A DNA stretch of 63,970 nt, counting the filler, from Licmophora abbreviata (lineage: Eukaryota), in NCBI GenBank assembly GCA_900291995.1. It is 12 parts of 12 records of this genome, joined end to end, with 100 filler letters (N's around TTAATTAATTAA, not from the genome) between each part and the next. Parts side by side here need not be neighbours in the genome. Positions count along the whole stretch, not along the records: positions 46,785 to 57,624 come from OLMU01004034.1; positions 57,725 to 60,680 come from OLMU01004035.1; positions 60,781 to 62,688 come from OLMU01004042.1; 9 more parts are not named here. One strand, given 5' to 3'. Numbering within the stretch: the stretch's first letter is position 1; each line of letters opens with the position of its first letter. Positions 48,600 through 60,782 of this stretch are shown here, one piece after another. The position numbers were made by a program, and so were the translations under genes. Below the pieces are notes generated by a model. The model made no database searches. It was not told the DNA's origin and saw only the letters and a list, made by a program, of their open reading frames with translations.

Positions 48600-51541
48600 A
48601 TGGTAGTCCTGGACACGCTCGCTGCCAACGCAGCCGCTGCTGCTGCTGCTGACTCCCCGCCAAGAAGGAAGAAATCCGCATTGCGCAGAATGATGGAAAG
48701 CGACGACGACGACGACAGTCTTCACGACGATCCGAAAAACACGGCAGTGATGAGCACGGACGAGGAAGAAGAAGGCACCGATGCGCCTTCTGGAAAGCCT
48801 CCTCGAGGTCCTGCAATGAGCAGTCGTCGCCCGAGCAGTCGTCCTAGCAAGAAGCAGAAACCTCGTCGTCGTCGTCGTCGATCGAGCGCTCATTTCTTGC
48901 GTCTCACGGGACGATTCGAGGATGACGAAGCGGATGACGACGACGAAAATCAGGAAAATCAGAACGACACGCCGCAGCAAGAGCATCTCGGGGAAATGTA
49001 CAAGAGAGCCATTCGTATGAATGCGGAGAATCGGATCAACGCCGGGAACAGCTGGGGACTTCATTTGATTGAAAATATCGATCAGTTTCTTGTCGATGAA
49101 GGAGACGAAGAGGACGAACAACAAGCACCTCGAGTCGTGACTTCGACAAACAACGATCGTACCAGCACCACGTCCATGCTACCACCGTCGCCTCCTACGG
49201 CTTCCACTACCGCTGCTGCTGCATCCGAGAAACGCGTCAACTTTACGAAAGCCAGCTGCACGCTGGATGCCAGTGTCAAGATCTACTCCTACCGCGTCGA
49301 CGACGTTCACTTGACGTCCTACAAGGTCTTGGCCAATCTCAATCGTACCGATACCAACAAGAACAAGAGCGGCCGTAACAACGATCCTGAGACGGAGCAA
49401 GATCATCTACAAGGAGAGGACGAAGAAGGGACGACACGTAGTACTGTGCGCGGTGGCGAACGTAGGGGAGTCGTAGAGACGCTCGAGTCCAATGTTGGTG
49501 AGTGCTTGTTTTTTCTTACTATCGTGTATCCATCGATGGGATCGGATCAGATCCACCGTTTCATCCGTTGTCGCTCACTTGCGTTTCTCGTTGCTTGTGT
49601 GCCCTCTCTCACCCCCTTTTTCTTCCAGCCAACCTCAATATGAACAAGCTCGACTCGGCCTACGATATTGACCCCCTCTTTCACAAAATGTCCAAGACAT
49701 TCGACGAAGGTGGCGCCAAGGGTCTTTTGCTCGTCAATCTCGGCGTCGGCAGCAATGCTTGCAACATTGTCTTTGATAGTAGCAAACAAGCAGAAGATGT
49801 GGACAATGAGCAAGAAGAAAAGGAAGAAGAAGAAGGCATGATTGACATTACGTCCTTGACTACCAAGCTGGCGTCTGTCTTGGACGGTTCTACGGTCGAC
49901 TCGTTGCCGCTCGTACCACAGCTGCGATCCTTACGTGAGGAACACGCTCACTTGGAAGCGGAGGGTTTTGTCAATCACAACAGTCGGCTCTCAAAGAAAC
50001 GAGTGAGTCTTGGGTGTGTGTGTGTGTGTGTCTTTGTTGAATCAATGGACAATATCGATTGTGGTAGGAAGACATGCTACTAACGAATCACACACGTTCC
50101 TTTTCACGTTTTACTACAGTCCTGTCGCTATGCGAGTACGGAAGAAGAAGAAAAGGAGGCAGAAATGTCCATTCACCACGATGCTCTCGAACGTAGCCGC
50201 GTGTCGCAGGCCACTTTGGGTCAAGCTTTGCCAGCACTCGGTGACAACAACATGGACGACGGTGACGACGATGAAATCTCGTACGCCGCTCCTGACTTTG
50301 GTGGAGATGACGACGACGACGACTTTGGCTTCACCGACTTTGTCACAGCCGACGAGAACGGACAGCGCTACTCGTCCATTAGCTTTCACAACGAGAGTGT
50401 GGTGGAAGAGGCGGCTCCGACCCGCATGGCGACGCGTTCCGCAGCTGCGGTCGTGTTGGACGCCCTGTGTGCTGGCGAGTCGTCCTTACAGGACAACGAC
50501 TACGAGTTCTTTAGCGCTGAAGCACTTGAGAAGCTCACCTCAGGCAACGACTGGGCCGGTGCGGCGCATTGGAAACGAGGAAATGCGCTCCGACGGAAGG
50601 CAACTGCTGCGAAGAAAAAGAAGAAGGCTCGCAAGACGAAAAAGAAGGCGCAAGTCCTCGTGGATTTGTCAACGCCTCCGGATCTCCAAGATATCCTTCG
50701 TCAGCCTCCTGCAAAGAAAAAGAAACGCGGGGCATCCAATCCGCTGCAGCTCTCCAAGGCCATGATGACCAAGCACGGCAAGACGGACAACTTGCTGCCG
50801 CCTGATGCGGGTATTGGCATGGAGGCTTTGACGACGCTGTTTCTGCGTCCCAGCGCCGTCATGCGCGGTACCGCACAACAAGACGCCAGCAATGGCAAGA
50901 CTGTTGGTAAGCTTGTGATGGTATCTTTTGTGTAGGATAAGGTGACTCGAAAGGCTCTTCGCTCAACCGTGTCGATCATTTACTTGTTTGTTTTCACAGG
51001 ATTTGACACCAACGTTGAATCGTTCGGCGGCGCCTTTGATGACGGCGGATCTTTCGGAGACGACGGTGGTGGTGGCGGTTTCATGTTCGCAGACGACGAC
51101 GTCGGAGACAACGACTTTGCCATTGGCGAACTGGAGGGTGTTCGCAAGGTGGAAAAGATTCAAGTCGGATACGCAACCGTCGCCAAGAAGGTGGACGTGA
51201 AGCGTCTCAAGAAGGACTTGTGGGCTGAGCTCGAGACTACCCTTGTCACGGAGCGTGTCGAACCAATGGAAGAAGTAGAGAACGAGCAGCATGAGAAAGA
51301 AAACGCTCCAGAAGAGCCCAATACTCTTTCCTTCCAAGACACACTCAAGGACTTGGAGTCCTCGCAGGCTCAATCCGATGTGACGCTGCCGTTCTATTTT
51401 ATTTGTTTGCTCCACTTGGCCAACGAGAAGGGCCTTCGCTTGGAATCGACAGGTCTCGAAGATCTCGTGATTTCTCACGACAACGGGGCTGCGCCATCGT
51501 TTGGCACGCTGCCGAGCAGCGAGACTGGCGAAGCACATTGA
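48600..51541 (+). CDS. NCAPH: Condensin I kleisin CAP-H/Barren (introns 49498-49628, 50002-50119, 50907-50999)
   Basis: ENRINAGNSWGLHLIE, NFTKASCTLDASVKIYSYRVD, DPLFHKMSKTFDEGGAKGLLL, WAGAAHW, AKKVDVKRLKKDLW and FICLLHLANEKGL motifs. Confidence 0.95.
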
Positions 51542-51893
51542 GACGTAGTTGACGTTTGGGAAGAAGTACTTCTAATTGTGGAATGTGATTGTGTTTTACA
51601 GCTTAATTATGCAGTAGTGTGGATACCACAGCAGCGCGTATGATGGGGAGAGGTGGCTGCTCCCATTCAGTGCGTGGCGTCTTCATGGTCACCCATGTTC
51701 TATCGCGTCCACCAACTCCCATTCGGATCTTTTCTCCGTTCATTCCGTACCATAGATCACGTATGTACCTTATCGTATCCTATCTACTGGGTCCAGTGAC
51801 GCTCCGCATCCATCGGGTCGAATGAGTCGAATCTTTCGAGATTCCAAAAGCCGCAACACAACTTTCTTGTATTCTCTCTCTGTTCTGTGCACC

Positions 51894-52669
51894 ATGACGA
51901 CGACGATCACGGCAATTTCGGCAGCGTCCCGCCTCGTGCGGCGATCCTTTCCTAGCAGTGTGAGATCGAAGAGCAATGTGTCCCTTCTTTTGGGACTCTC
52001 GTCCTTCACGACTTCCGCAGGCGTAACATTGTGCGAACCAGCGCAAGACAACGAATTCATCAAGAAAACCAAGGACGGATCCATCGACTGGGAAGGAACC
52101 ATGGATCAAATTGCGAAGCAAGTGGGAGGAACAGTAAGTACATGGATGAATTGGCGCATTGGATGTTCAAGTTAGAAAAACGAGAGACTGAATCTCTTCA
52201 ATTGTGCACTTTTTCGATCGCAGGTTCAAGGAGCCATTGAAACGGGAATGCCTACGCAGCTGTCGTACGGATTCCTTTCAGGATACTGTTCGGGGTATGC
52301 TCTGAAGAAAATTGGAAAGGCTGGAGCAGTCGTCTTTGGTAAGCAGTAGCGGTGTTATCATGCAGAAAGAAGGAATGGCGCTGCCTATTATCCAAACTAT
52401 GTTATGCTCAATCTTGCTCCCCCTCATGTTGCCAATCAGGCCTCGGATTCATGACACTACAGACACTCAGTTACACTGGATACATTCAAGTCGATCACAG
52501 TCGCATGAAGCAGGATCTTACCGACCTAATGGATCTCAACAACGATGGAAAGATTGATAGCGAAGACACCAAGGCGGCCTACTCCAAAGCGCTCAGCGTC
52601 TTGGAATTCAACATGCCGGCGGGAGCGGGCTTTGGAGGCGGATTCTTGGCGGGCTTGAGGACGGGGTAG
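51894..52669 (+). CDS. FUN14-family mitochondrial outer membrane protein (introns 52134-52223, 52339-52439)
   Basis: QLSYGFLSGYCSGYALKKIGK, LQTLSYTGYIQVD and NMPAGAGFGGGFLAG motifs. Confidence 0.85.
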
Positions 52670-52814
52670 GCATCAAATATATACATGATGCAGTATGAAG
52701 TAGGATGACACAGAACGGAAATAACCGCATCAGAGACTGTTGACTGAAGCAATGAACAAGTCAACGACACACATTCGCGACTCTCGTCGTCGCTATCTAT
52801 TTTCGAAATAGTTC

Positions 52815-54292
52815 TTAACAACCTGCTCTTTTCACACTTGCTCGCAATGCCTCAATCAGATACTGCGGTGCCACATGACCCTCGAATCCAATCTTATACA
52901 CGGCCGTGAGCAGCGGAAAGTCGTCCTCGCAGTCCCAATCCACCATTGCTTGATGCACGTATTGCGCATTGTGCCAATCCGGCAACTTCATACCATTCAA
53001 TAAGGACATCTCCAAGGCCTCCCATCTCTCACGATTCTCTTCGGGACTACTACTCCCATTGTGTTCTTGGACAAAGGCTGCGGCGAGTTGTCGCCCTCGT
53101 CCCGCGGTACAGGTTAAGATCACATCTCCCATACCGGCCGATGTTTCAAAGACTGTATTTCCATCCCCCTTTTCGACACCACGACAATTTTCAATGAATC
53201 GTTTCATTTCATGCATCCCCGCACGAAGTACGGCCGCTCGAACATTCCACCCCATATCCATGCCTTCGCAGTAGCCTACAGCAAGCGATAAGACATTCTT
53301 CAAACCACCGCATAGTTCGATTGCCAGTCGATCCTTGCACAAGGACGTTTGAAAGTTCTTACTGGTGGTAACCAGCTGGACGAGTTGTGCCGCATGGTGT
53401 TGTGCAATGTCATTGTCGTAGTACCCAATGGTGGCTTCGGCAAAGGAGTCGTCTGAGGTCATTTCCTTGTACAAGTTGGGACCTGACAAGGCCACCGCGG
53501 AGTGGTAGGGGAGCTTTAGTAAAGCAAAACAACAACAAGAGAAATATCCGAAACAACAAGAGAGATATCAGAGAACGTGCCGCGGCGCTGCGTCTTCCTG
53601 ATCTTCACCGTCACAACGCACCCCAGACTCACCATACTCTGGATGTCATCGACTGCGGTCGTAATCTTCTTGGTCTCGTCGTCATAATGCAAACTCTTAA
53701 TAACACTACACAAGACTGCGTCTGGATGCAGTATATCCTGTTGTTGAAACTGCTGTAGGAGTGGAGGTAGGTAGAGGGAAGGCACCGACACGACGACGAC
53801 ACGTGCATCCCTGACACACTCTTCGACCCTCGTCGTAGCCACCACGACGTTGGCATCAAAGACACCTTCTGGAAAGTATTGACTATTGGTGTGATGCGTG
53901 TTGATTTCATCCACAACGCTTTGACGACGAGCGTACCAAGAGACAGTCGTAGGGGTAGCAGCAGCATCCGTGTCACTACTACTGCCGTGGTGTTCCAGGG
54001 AAGCCTGGGACAGTACCTTGACCATGGCACTGCCAAAGGATCCAGCGCCAATCACGGCGACCTTGTTGGGACGTTTGGTCGAGGAAGAAGAAGACATGGA
54101 GTAGTATCGACACTGCGGTCTTGTCGAATATAGTTTTTGTTTAGGTAATAGCGAAACGGATGATGCTAATTTGGCTTTCGTACCTCGAGCGAAATGATGG
54201 CAAGACTGGACAGTCACACGACGAATCGATGATGATCGATACAGGCGAGGCACAGCATACATTGCTCTGCTGTCGACTGCAGCATAGCTCAT
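52815..54292 (-). CDS. GPD: NAD-dependent glycerol-3-phosphate dehydrogenase with N-terminal presequence (intron 53514-53632)
   Basis: VAVIGAGSFGSA, VPS, ALSGPNL, ELCGGLKNV, GMGDVILTC..GR motifs; the intron joins QSM|LPYHSAVALSGPN. The start is uncertain (54292 or 54262). Confidence 0.88.
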
Positions 54293-54748
54293 CTGTCTAT
54301 AGTACAGGACTCCTACTATAGCGGTACCTGAACTGTGGTTTGGCATCATGGTCGTCGTCGCTCACTTCACTCTCACTTTTTTGGCGGAGCGAGCGCGCAC
54401 CCTTCGACGCGCGCGCGCCCAAAGTTCTATCGTGCGACGGACGGCGCAAGACCATCATCCAAAGCGCGAACGAGCGCGTCGTGTGTGCTTGGTTGTTCTT
54501 GCTATCGCTACCTTGCACGATGATGAAGAGAAGCAGTCTGAAACTGGATACACTTGTCTTCTACTGATCATGGAAGAAGGAATAGGAGGGCAGTGTAGAG
54601 AACCAACCACCACTTCTACTACAACTACTACTCTCTACTAGAGATATGCAATAATATGCAGGCCGTCGTACCAGAGGAGGATACGCTACAACAGGATCCT
54701 CCCACTGAAAGAAGGAAAGCATTCTACGACGACGACGACGACGACAGC

Positions 54749-55842
54749 CTACAGCGCCCACATTCGCATATTTGCACGTTCCACAGGTAACACGTGCGCA
54801 TGTTGGGGATTGGAAACTCGATCATCCTGTTCCGCAAGCTCCACACGAGGATGGTGATGCAGTCCTTCCTCCGCTTCTCCTTCTTCCAATGCTGCTTCCT
54901 CTTCTTGTCTACTGCTACTACTACTAGTAGTAGTAGACACTGCACAGCAGCAACATGACTTTTCCGCAACAAACTGTGCATACTCCTTGAGCATAACAAG
55001 GACCGAGGGCGGAAATGCATCCGGTTGATCTTTGTGCAAGACATGTTCTTCGTAAATCATCCAGGCTCCACCGATGCCCGCACATATCATACTGCTCCCA
55101 AAGAACACATTCGTCCATATATTCCCTGGACTTTTGTTTTGTGCGTCAAAGTTGGAATAGACAATCCTCGTTGCTTGATTGGCAAACTGCGTGACGCAAT
55201 TCATCAATAGCACACTGCTGATTCCAATACGGCGAGAAGTAGGTATGTGATACCAAATTTCCCGCGTCTCGAATCCGAAGAGGTCATAGCCGACCTTATT
55301 GGTCCGTCTCGGCCAGGAGGTGCCCGTGGCATGGACGAATTGAGTGCACCGCCAGGGCATACTCAAGAGGGCCATGTAGGTAAAAAGTACATTTAAGAAT
55401 TGAATGGAAAAGTTGTACCACCAATTGCGTGGATCGCAATCTGTTTTGGAGGGATCATTGCAGAGGGTATGCCAGCCCATGAGGAGGAAGAAAAAGAGGG
55501 CGCCGTCGGCGACGATGAGGAAGAGTACAACGATTCCGATCCATTGAAAGACTTTGTGGTCCAGAAAGCGCAAGAGCGCATCGCGAAAGTCTTCGCTGCG
55601 AGAGGCGGGGGGATCGAGCACGTGTTGTTGTTGTTGTTGTTGTTGTTGTTCTGTTGAAGGGTCGTCTTCCGTGTTGGAGAGGAGGATGCTTCTGCTACTT
55701 CTGCCGCTTCGGGATCATGACTGCTGTCGTCGACTTGTAGTACAATTCCAGACGTTGTCACTTCTTGTTGTTGTTGTTGCTGCGACTCTTCCGTGCTGGC
55801 ATCATTCCGTACGCCATCATCGTCTCCATTCTCCTCCATCAT
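54749..55842 (-). CDS. Multi-pass membrane protein of unknown function; probable frameshift at about 55679
   Basis: About four hydrophobic segments in 54749..55621. An acidic, Gln-rich N-terminus lies in the adjacent frame, starting MMEENG at 55842. Confidence 0.65.
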
Positions 55843-56277
55843 GACGCCGAGGACCAATCCAACGTGTTTTCAAGAGACAGAGATGCGAAGCGACAAGAGA
55901 TTGATATCGAGCGAAGATGGATCGCAATGGATCGCAATGGATCACCACAGCAGCATACGAGTAGAAAGGAAACTGAAACAACAACAAACACAAGGCGCGG
56001 CTGAGCATTTTTCAGGATTTGTACGTTTTGGGGCGAGCTCCCACTCAGTGTTTTGGCGGGAGCGCGCGCTACCGACTCCTGAGCAACCTGAAACGACCTG
56101 ATACACATAGAACATTTGACACGTTTCACCCTTTGACGATAAGGAGTGCGCACCTCTCAAATGGATGAGATTTTGAGTTTTGCAACCACATTCCTTTATT
56201 ACATCGGTAGCACCATGATGGGTGGCGGCGACGATGCTGCGATGTCGCAAACGGCGTCATAACACAAAAAGACGTCG

Positions 56278-58012
56278 ATGAGCTTGTGTCGCCGGCCTGG
56301 TACTCGAGTGACAGCAGCAGTATTGCTGCTGGTGTGGACACTCTTGACCTTATTACTTTTGCTCCTCTCGTCGTCGTCTCATGCGCAGCAGAAGGACGAC
56401 TTGTTCTTCAAGACGATACCTTCTTGGGAGAATGGAACGGATCCCATGGAAGCAAGAGCTAGTAATGAAACTGAGTTGTCAACAAGATCAAGGCGTCAAG
56501 CTCGTCCTGACGGTGTTCGACAGCCCTTTTCCACTACTGGCAGTAATGCCACCACGGATGCTACTTCCAACCCCCTCCGGTACCTGCAGGAACACATGCA
56601 GAAACAAGAAAGTAGTAGTACTACACCAGGAGAACCATACAAACTATCGCGAGAGGTGGACTGTCATGGAGACGTCAATGCCTTTGTTTTTCCACAACAT
56701 GGCTGTACTTTTGCACTACGCCGTCGTGCCCATTGTGCCTTGCAAGACGTCATGGTGAATCCATCGTTGATTCACAGCGAGGCCAAGGCGGGGGCGCCAC
56801 TCGATTCTACCATTCTTGGACGACAGTCATATCGTTCCGAGTTTGTCTCGTACGAAGCTGGGGCATTTACGGTACAACGACTACACGACAAACAACAAAA
56901 CGTCGGGAGGAACGCTACTACTAGTAGTACTAGCAGTCGCTTTGATCCCAGCAATAAGGAATTGGAAAAGGCTCTAAAGAGCGTCGTTCTTGTCGACAAC
57001 AGCAACATCAAAAACAACAACATGACGACGACGACAACGACGACTAGAATACAGTCATCCTGCACAAGCACACTGTATGGTTTGACCCTACTGGTGGTGA
57101 GGTACGAGTATGCCAATCTCTATCATACCGTCACCGACTTGTGGAATGCCTATTGGAGTAGCCGGCATCACCAAAACGAAACGAGCCACGAACCATCCGT
57201 TCATGTCTTGTTTTTGGATGCCCATCCACGAGGAGCATTCGATACAGTTTGGCATGATTTGTTTCGCGGCACGGTACTGCATGTGCAGCAATTGTCCTCC
57301 CATTCGACATGTCTGCAACACGCTCGATTCGTGCCGGTGGGATACACGAGCCCCCTGTCGACCATTGGGACGAGTCGTGACATTATGGAAAATGCTCAAT
57401 TCAACAGGTGTGCCAATGAAACTCTCATGGGTGACTTTGTCGACTTTGTGATGGAACGCTATGATCTCCAGAATAGTAGTAACAGTGCTACCTTTGTTCC
57501 GCATCGAGTCGTCGTGTTGGATCGGGTGCCGTATCTCGCACATCCGAGGAGCAATATGAGTAGTAGCACTACAGCGGGACGTGTGCAGCGGTCCCTCCGG
57601 AATTTGGCGACCCTGGCACAGGATNNNNNNNNNNNNNNNNNNNNNNNNNNNNNNNNNNNNNNNNNNNNTTAATTAATTAANNNNNNNNNNNNNNNNNNNN
57701 NNNNNNNNNNNNNNNNNNNNNNNNACCGTGCAGGTTCATACCATGGTGAATGTAAGCATGCGCGAACAGATCAACGCGATTCGACAAGCTCACATACTGA
57801 TTGCCAACCACGGGGCCGGACTTACCCATCTGCTTTGGCTACACGACGATGCCCATGTAATTGAATTGTCGTGTGCGTTGCCGCATTTTAAGGCTCTATC
57901 CAAATGGAAGCCCAGGATCCATCATCACTGCCAGCCGCCTGTGAAGGATGAAATATCTGAATACTATTGGAATGAACATGTTGTCAAGGTCTTGGATCAG
58001 GCCCTGCAGTGA
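56278..58012 (+). CDS. Glycosyltransferase family 61 (EOGT-like), type II membrane protein, spanning a gap
   Basis: N-terminal TM anchor; RYEYANLYHTVTDLWNAY and LFLDAHP; after the gap EQINAIRQAHILIANHGAGLTHLLWL. Confidence 0.88.
57625..57724. other. Assembly spacer (inside GT61 gene)
   Basis: N-run with TTAATTAATTAA. Confidence 0.98.
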
Positions 58013-58140
58013 TGGGCCTTCAAACTCGCTTCGTGATTCATGGATCTATCCGCTGCTTCCAATCGCTGAGAGTACACCTACTACCGACGAACGTTAGCTA
58101 GAAAACGGCGGCTACTACTATACTTGATCGCGCATGTATA

Positions 58141-60387
58141 TCACTTTGTGGAGCAGCACCCCCCTTGTTTGTCGAGTGCGCTCTTGACATTCGTCTCAGG
58201 CGGCAGGTCAACAGCCGGATTGCCAGAGAAAAAGTCACTGGGTTTCAAAGTGAAGCCCGTTGTTTCACAAGGCATGACGGGAAAGTCTTCGACTCTAGGT
58301 ACATGACACACACCAAACGCATGCCAAAGAACCACGTCCTGTCCCTCCAACGGGCGGTCCGCCTCGATCCACCGAGGCAAGCCATCTTGCTCTTGCGCCT
58401 GCGGTGTGTACTCTCCTGCAGGAAATCGTTCGGCGTCGTCATGTTGGGTGACCCAGAGGTGCGCCGTCGCAAACTTGCCCTTATGTGAGACCGCGCACGT
58501 CTCGGGATCCGTCAAGAGCGGTGGCTGGGCGGGTCCGCGAGTGAAAGGAATTAGTTTGTAGGCAACCGGTTTGTTTGTAATCGGGTTTAGTTTGCCTTCG
58601 GCGTTTGAAATCTTCCAACTTCGTGCCTTTGTGGAATCATACGTACGGACAGCTTCTGATTCAGTACGAAGGACCGTCTCGACAGGAACAAACGCATTAC
58701 CGTAGGGATTGGGGTCTGTCTGAGACACAACATCGACTTCGCTGACCGTGTTTTTAGTTCCATCGACTGCCATGTCTAGCCGAGCGCAGAACATGTGCTG
58801 ATGTATCTGCGCGTTGACACCCGGCGACACGAGCGTTCCATAGCTTGGTGAGGTTGGATCTTCGCTCGCACTCGGTAAGTTGGTCGATAGCTCTCCCGAC
58901 AATCGAATCTCAAAGTCAATCGAGCCGTCCAGCTTGAGACGCCAATAGAACAAATATTCGTAGTTCACGACAGTGGCAATGGAGCTAATCACCAGTTCTC
59001 GTGCTCGTCGGGCTTCATTGTGCCCATTTCGATATTCCACATGTTTCCATAAGATGCCATCGTCCTCTTCATGCATACAAACAGCCTTCTTGAGAAGTCT
59101 CGGTTGTCCATGAATATCATTCAAGACGGCATCAAAATAGTGAATGTGTCCCAAACAATCGCATCCGAGCTCAAGAGAGTTGGCACAATTTCCCAAGCCG
59201 TAATCGCCTACGTCAAACGCACATTTGCGTTGAAACGGTGGGTTGGGATCGCCGTAGGGCACGGCCATTTCCACTAGACTACCGCGATTCAAGACGGGAC
59301 GATCCTGATAGCGCACATCGTGCAAGACGAGCCCCTCTCGATAGTTGAACCCGACACGAAAAGACCAATTTTGCCATTCCACCAGGTTGCTGTCCGACAC
59401 AGAAAATGACGGGCCGTCGGGCTGCAGTATGTTCAGCTCCTTCAACGTATCTGATCGCCACTGGCTCTGCAAATACGAGTTGGTGTGCAGCAAATTCCGA
59501 TGATAGTTGACACTATCCGGAGGAATGTCGGGCGGCGGTCGATCCAAGCCATCAATCCGCACGAGGGACTTGGTGTTGAGATCCACGACCGGCAGAATGT
59601 CAATGGGATGAGCATAGTGATTGTCTTCTAGTTCGTCTCCATACATTCGTGCGTACAGAAACGTCTGAACCAGTCGTCGCGGCGGCAAGGTAGAATCTGC
59701 AGGTTCCGTCATGCTTGCGTCTTGCGTATCGGCCAAGTGTACACTCCAAGGGTCGGCGGCAACTTTCGTCATGTCGGTAATCCCATAGCGCTCCTTCAAA
59801 GCCTCTTGAACTTGTACTGATGACTTCGAAATTTCTTCTGCCAAGTCACAGTCCTCGGGTGTGAGCAAGGGCTGGGTGCCTCGGGGCAAGTCGAGCGAGA
59901 GGACCACCGAAGCAGTGGCGGACGGAGCCAAATCGACTGTGAGCTCAGTTGCAATGCCAGTAGGAGGATACAAAACAATGACTTCGGCCTGACGAGCTCT
60001 CTGCTGTTGTGCAAGCAAGGACAATTTGGGTGGTTCCTTCGCAGAAATGGCAACGAAGCGTAATATTTCCGTCTGGTATTCCTTCTTAGATTCCAAGTAC
60101 CGTTTGACAGCGTCAGAGGTCTTGTTTATTTCATCCGGCGTCAGAGACCCCAGAGGGTGCGTAGCAGGAGTAGGAGTTTGCCCGGTCGACCAAACATGAC
60201 GGCGTTGCTCCAGTACTGCCGTGCAGCGGTTCAGGTGGGCGGCGACAAAGGGCAAGCTCGAAGCAGTGTACGAGAAGTATCGGCAATTTTCAAGTGCTTT
60301 GCGTTGACCTCCAGCAAGCTTCGCAATCACTTGTCGCCTCCCGGGGATCGTTCTAGCCATGGCCGTGCTGGAAAGGGTCGCCATCAT
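58141..60387 (-). CDS. Copper-containing primary amine oxidase (TPQ-dependent)
   Basis: HPL...T.DE, AFDVGDYGLG, LELGCDCLG, TVVNYEY (TPQ consensus), HQH and HVPRVEDFPVMP copper-ligand motifs. Confidence 0.95.
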   Translation of the reverse strand: MMATLSSTAMARTIPGRRQVIAKLAGGQRKALENCRYFSYTASSLPFVAAHLNRCTAVLEQRRHVWSTGQTPTPATHPLGSLTPDEINKTSDAVKRYLESKKEYQTEILRFVAISAKEPPKLSLLAQQQRARQAEVIVLYPPTGIATELTVDLAPSATASVVLSLDLPRGTQPLLTPEDCDLAEEISKSSVQVQEALKERYGITDMTKVAADPWSVHLADTQDASMTEPADSTLPPRRLVQTFLYARMYGDELEDNHYAHPIDILPVVDLNTKSLVRIDGLDRPPPDIPPDSVNYHRNLLHTNSYLQSQWRSDTLKELNILQPDGPSFSVSDSNLVEWQNWSFRVGFNYREGLVLHDVRYQDRPVLNRGSLVEMAVPYGDPNPPFQRKCAFDVGDYGLGNCANSLELGCDCLGHIHYFDAVLNDIHGQPRLLKKAVCMHEEDDGILWKHVEYRNGHNEARRARELVISSIATVVNYEYLFYWRLKLDGSIDFEIRLSGELSTNLPSASEDPTSPSYGTLVSPGVNAQIHQHMFCARLDMAVDGTKNTVSEVDVVSQTDPNPYGNAFVPVETVLRTESEAVRTYDSTKARSWKISNAEGKLNPITNKPVAYKLIPFTRGPAQPPLLTDPETCAVSHKGKFATAHLWVTQHDDAERFPAGEYTPQAQEQDGLPRWIEADRPLEGQDVVLWHAFGVCHVPRVEDFPVMPCETTGFTLKPSDFFSGNPAVDLPPETNVKSALDKQGGCCSTK

Positions 60388-60680
60388 GGTCAACACGAAC
60401 TCAGCGGCCCAACTTCGTTCCAAATCTGGGAATCTTGAAATTTGGGTTTGAGTCGATCCAGTCAAAGATCCAATTCACATATTTCTTAAAACATATACAT
60501 GTATGAATTCCTACTAATGATGTATTTTGGTTGCATCAGTTACGCCCAAAGGGGCCCAAGTTTATAAGTATGAGGTCGTGGTATAGGCAAATACTTAAGT
60601 GTTGGAGCTGGCATGATGTCTTCGTAGTTGTCGTACTATGTCCACGTGATGGTAGTCATGGTGTGCGGTCATTCTCGTAT

Positions 60681-60780
60681 NNNNNNNNNNNNNNNNNNNN
60701 NNNNNNNNNNNNNNNNNNNNNNNNTTAATTAATTAANNNNNNNNNNNNNNNNNNNNNNNNNNNNNNNNNNNNNNNNNNNN
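60681..60780. other. Assembly spacer
   Basis: N-run with TTAATTAATTAA. Confidence 0.98.
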
Positions 60781-60782
60781 CG

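Noticed and set aside
842..51541. Two kleisins (NSE4, CAP-H) plus ISWI as a chromosome-biology cluster
   Set aside because: They are separated by many unrelated genes and by gaps of unknown size; chance co-location is likely.
53529..53573. 21-nt direct repeat in the GPDH intron; also short repeats at 13399-13437 and 55916-55943
   Set aside because: Two or three adjacent imperfect copies without spacers are ordinary slippage repeats.
11088..60387. Nitrogen-scavenging cluster (AMT x2, nitronate monooxygenase, amine oxidase)
   Set aside because: The genes are dispersed over about 49 kb among housekeeping genes, with no evidence of co-regulation.
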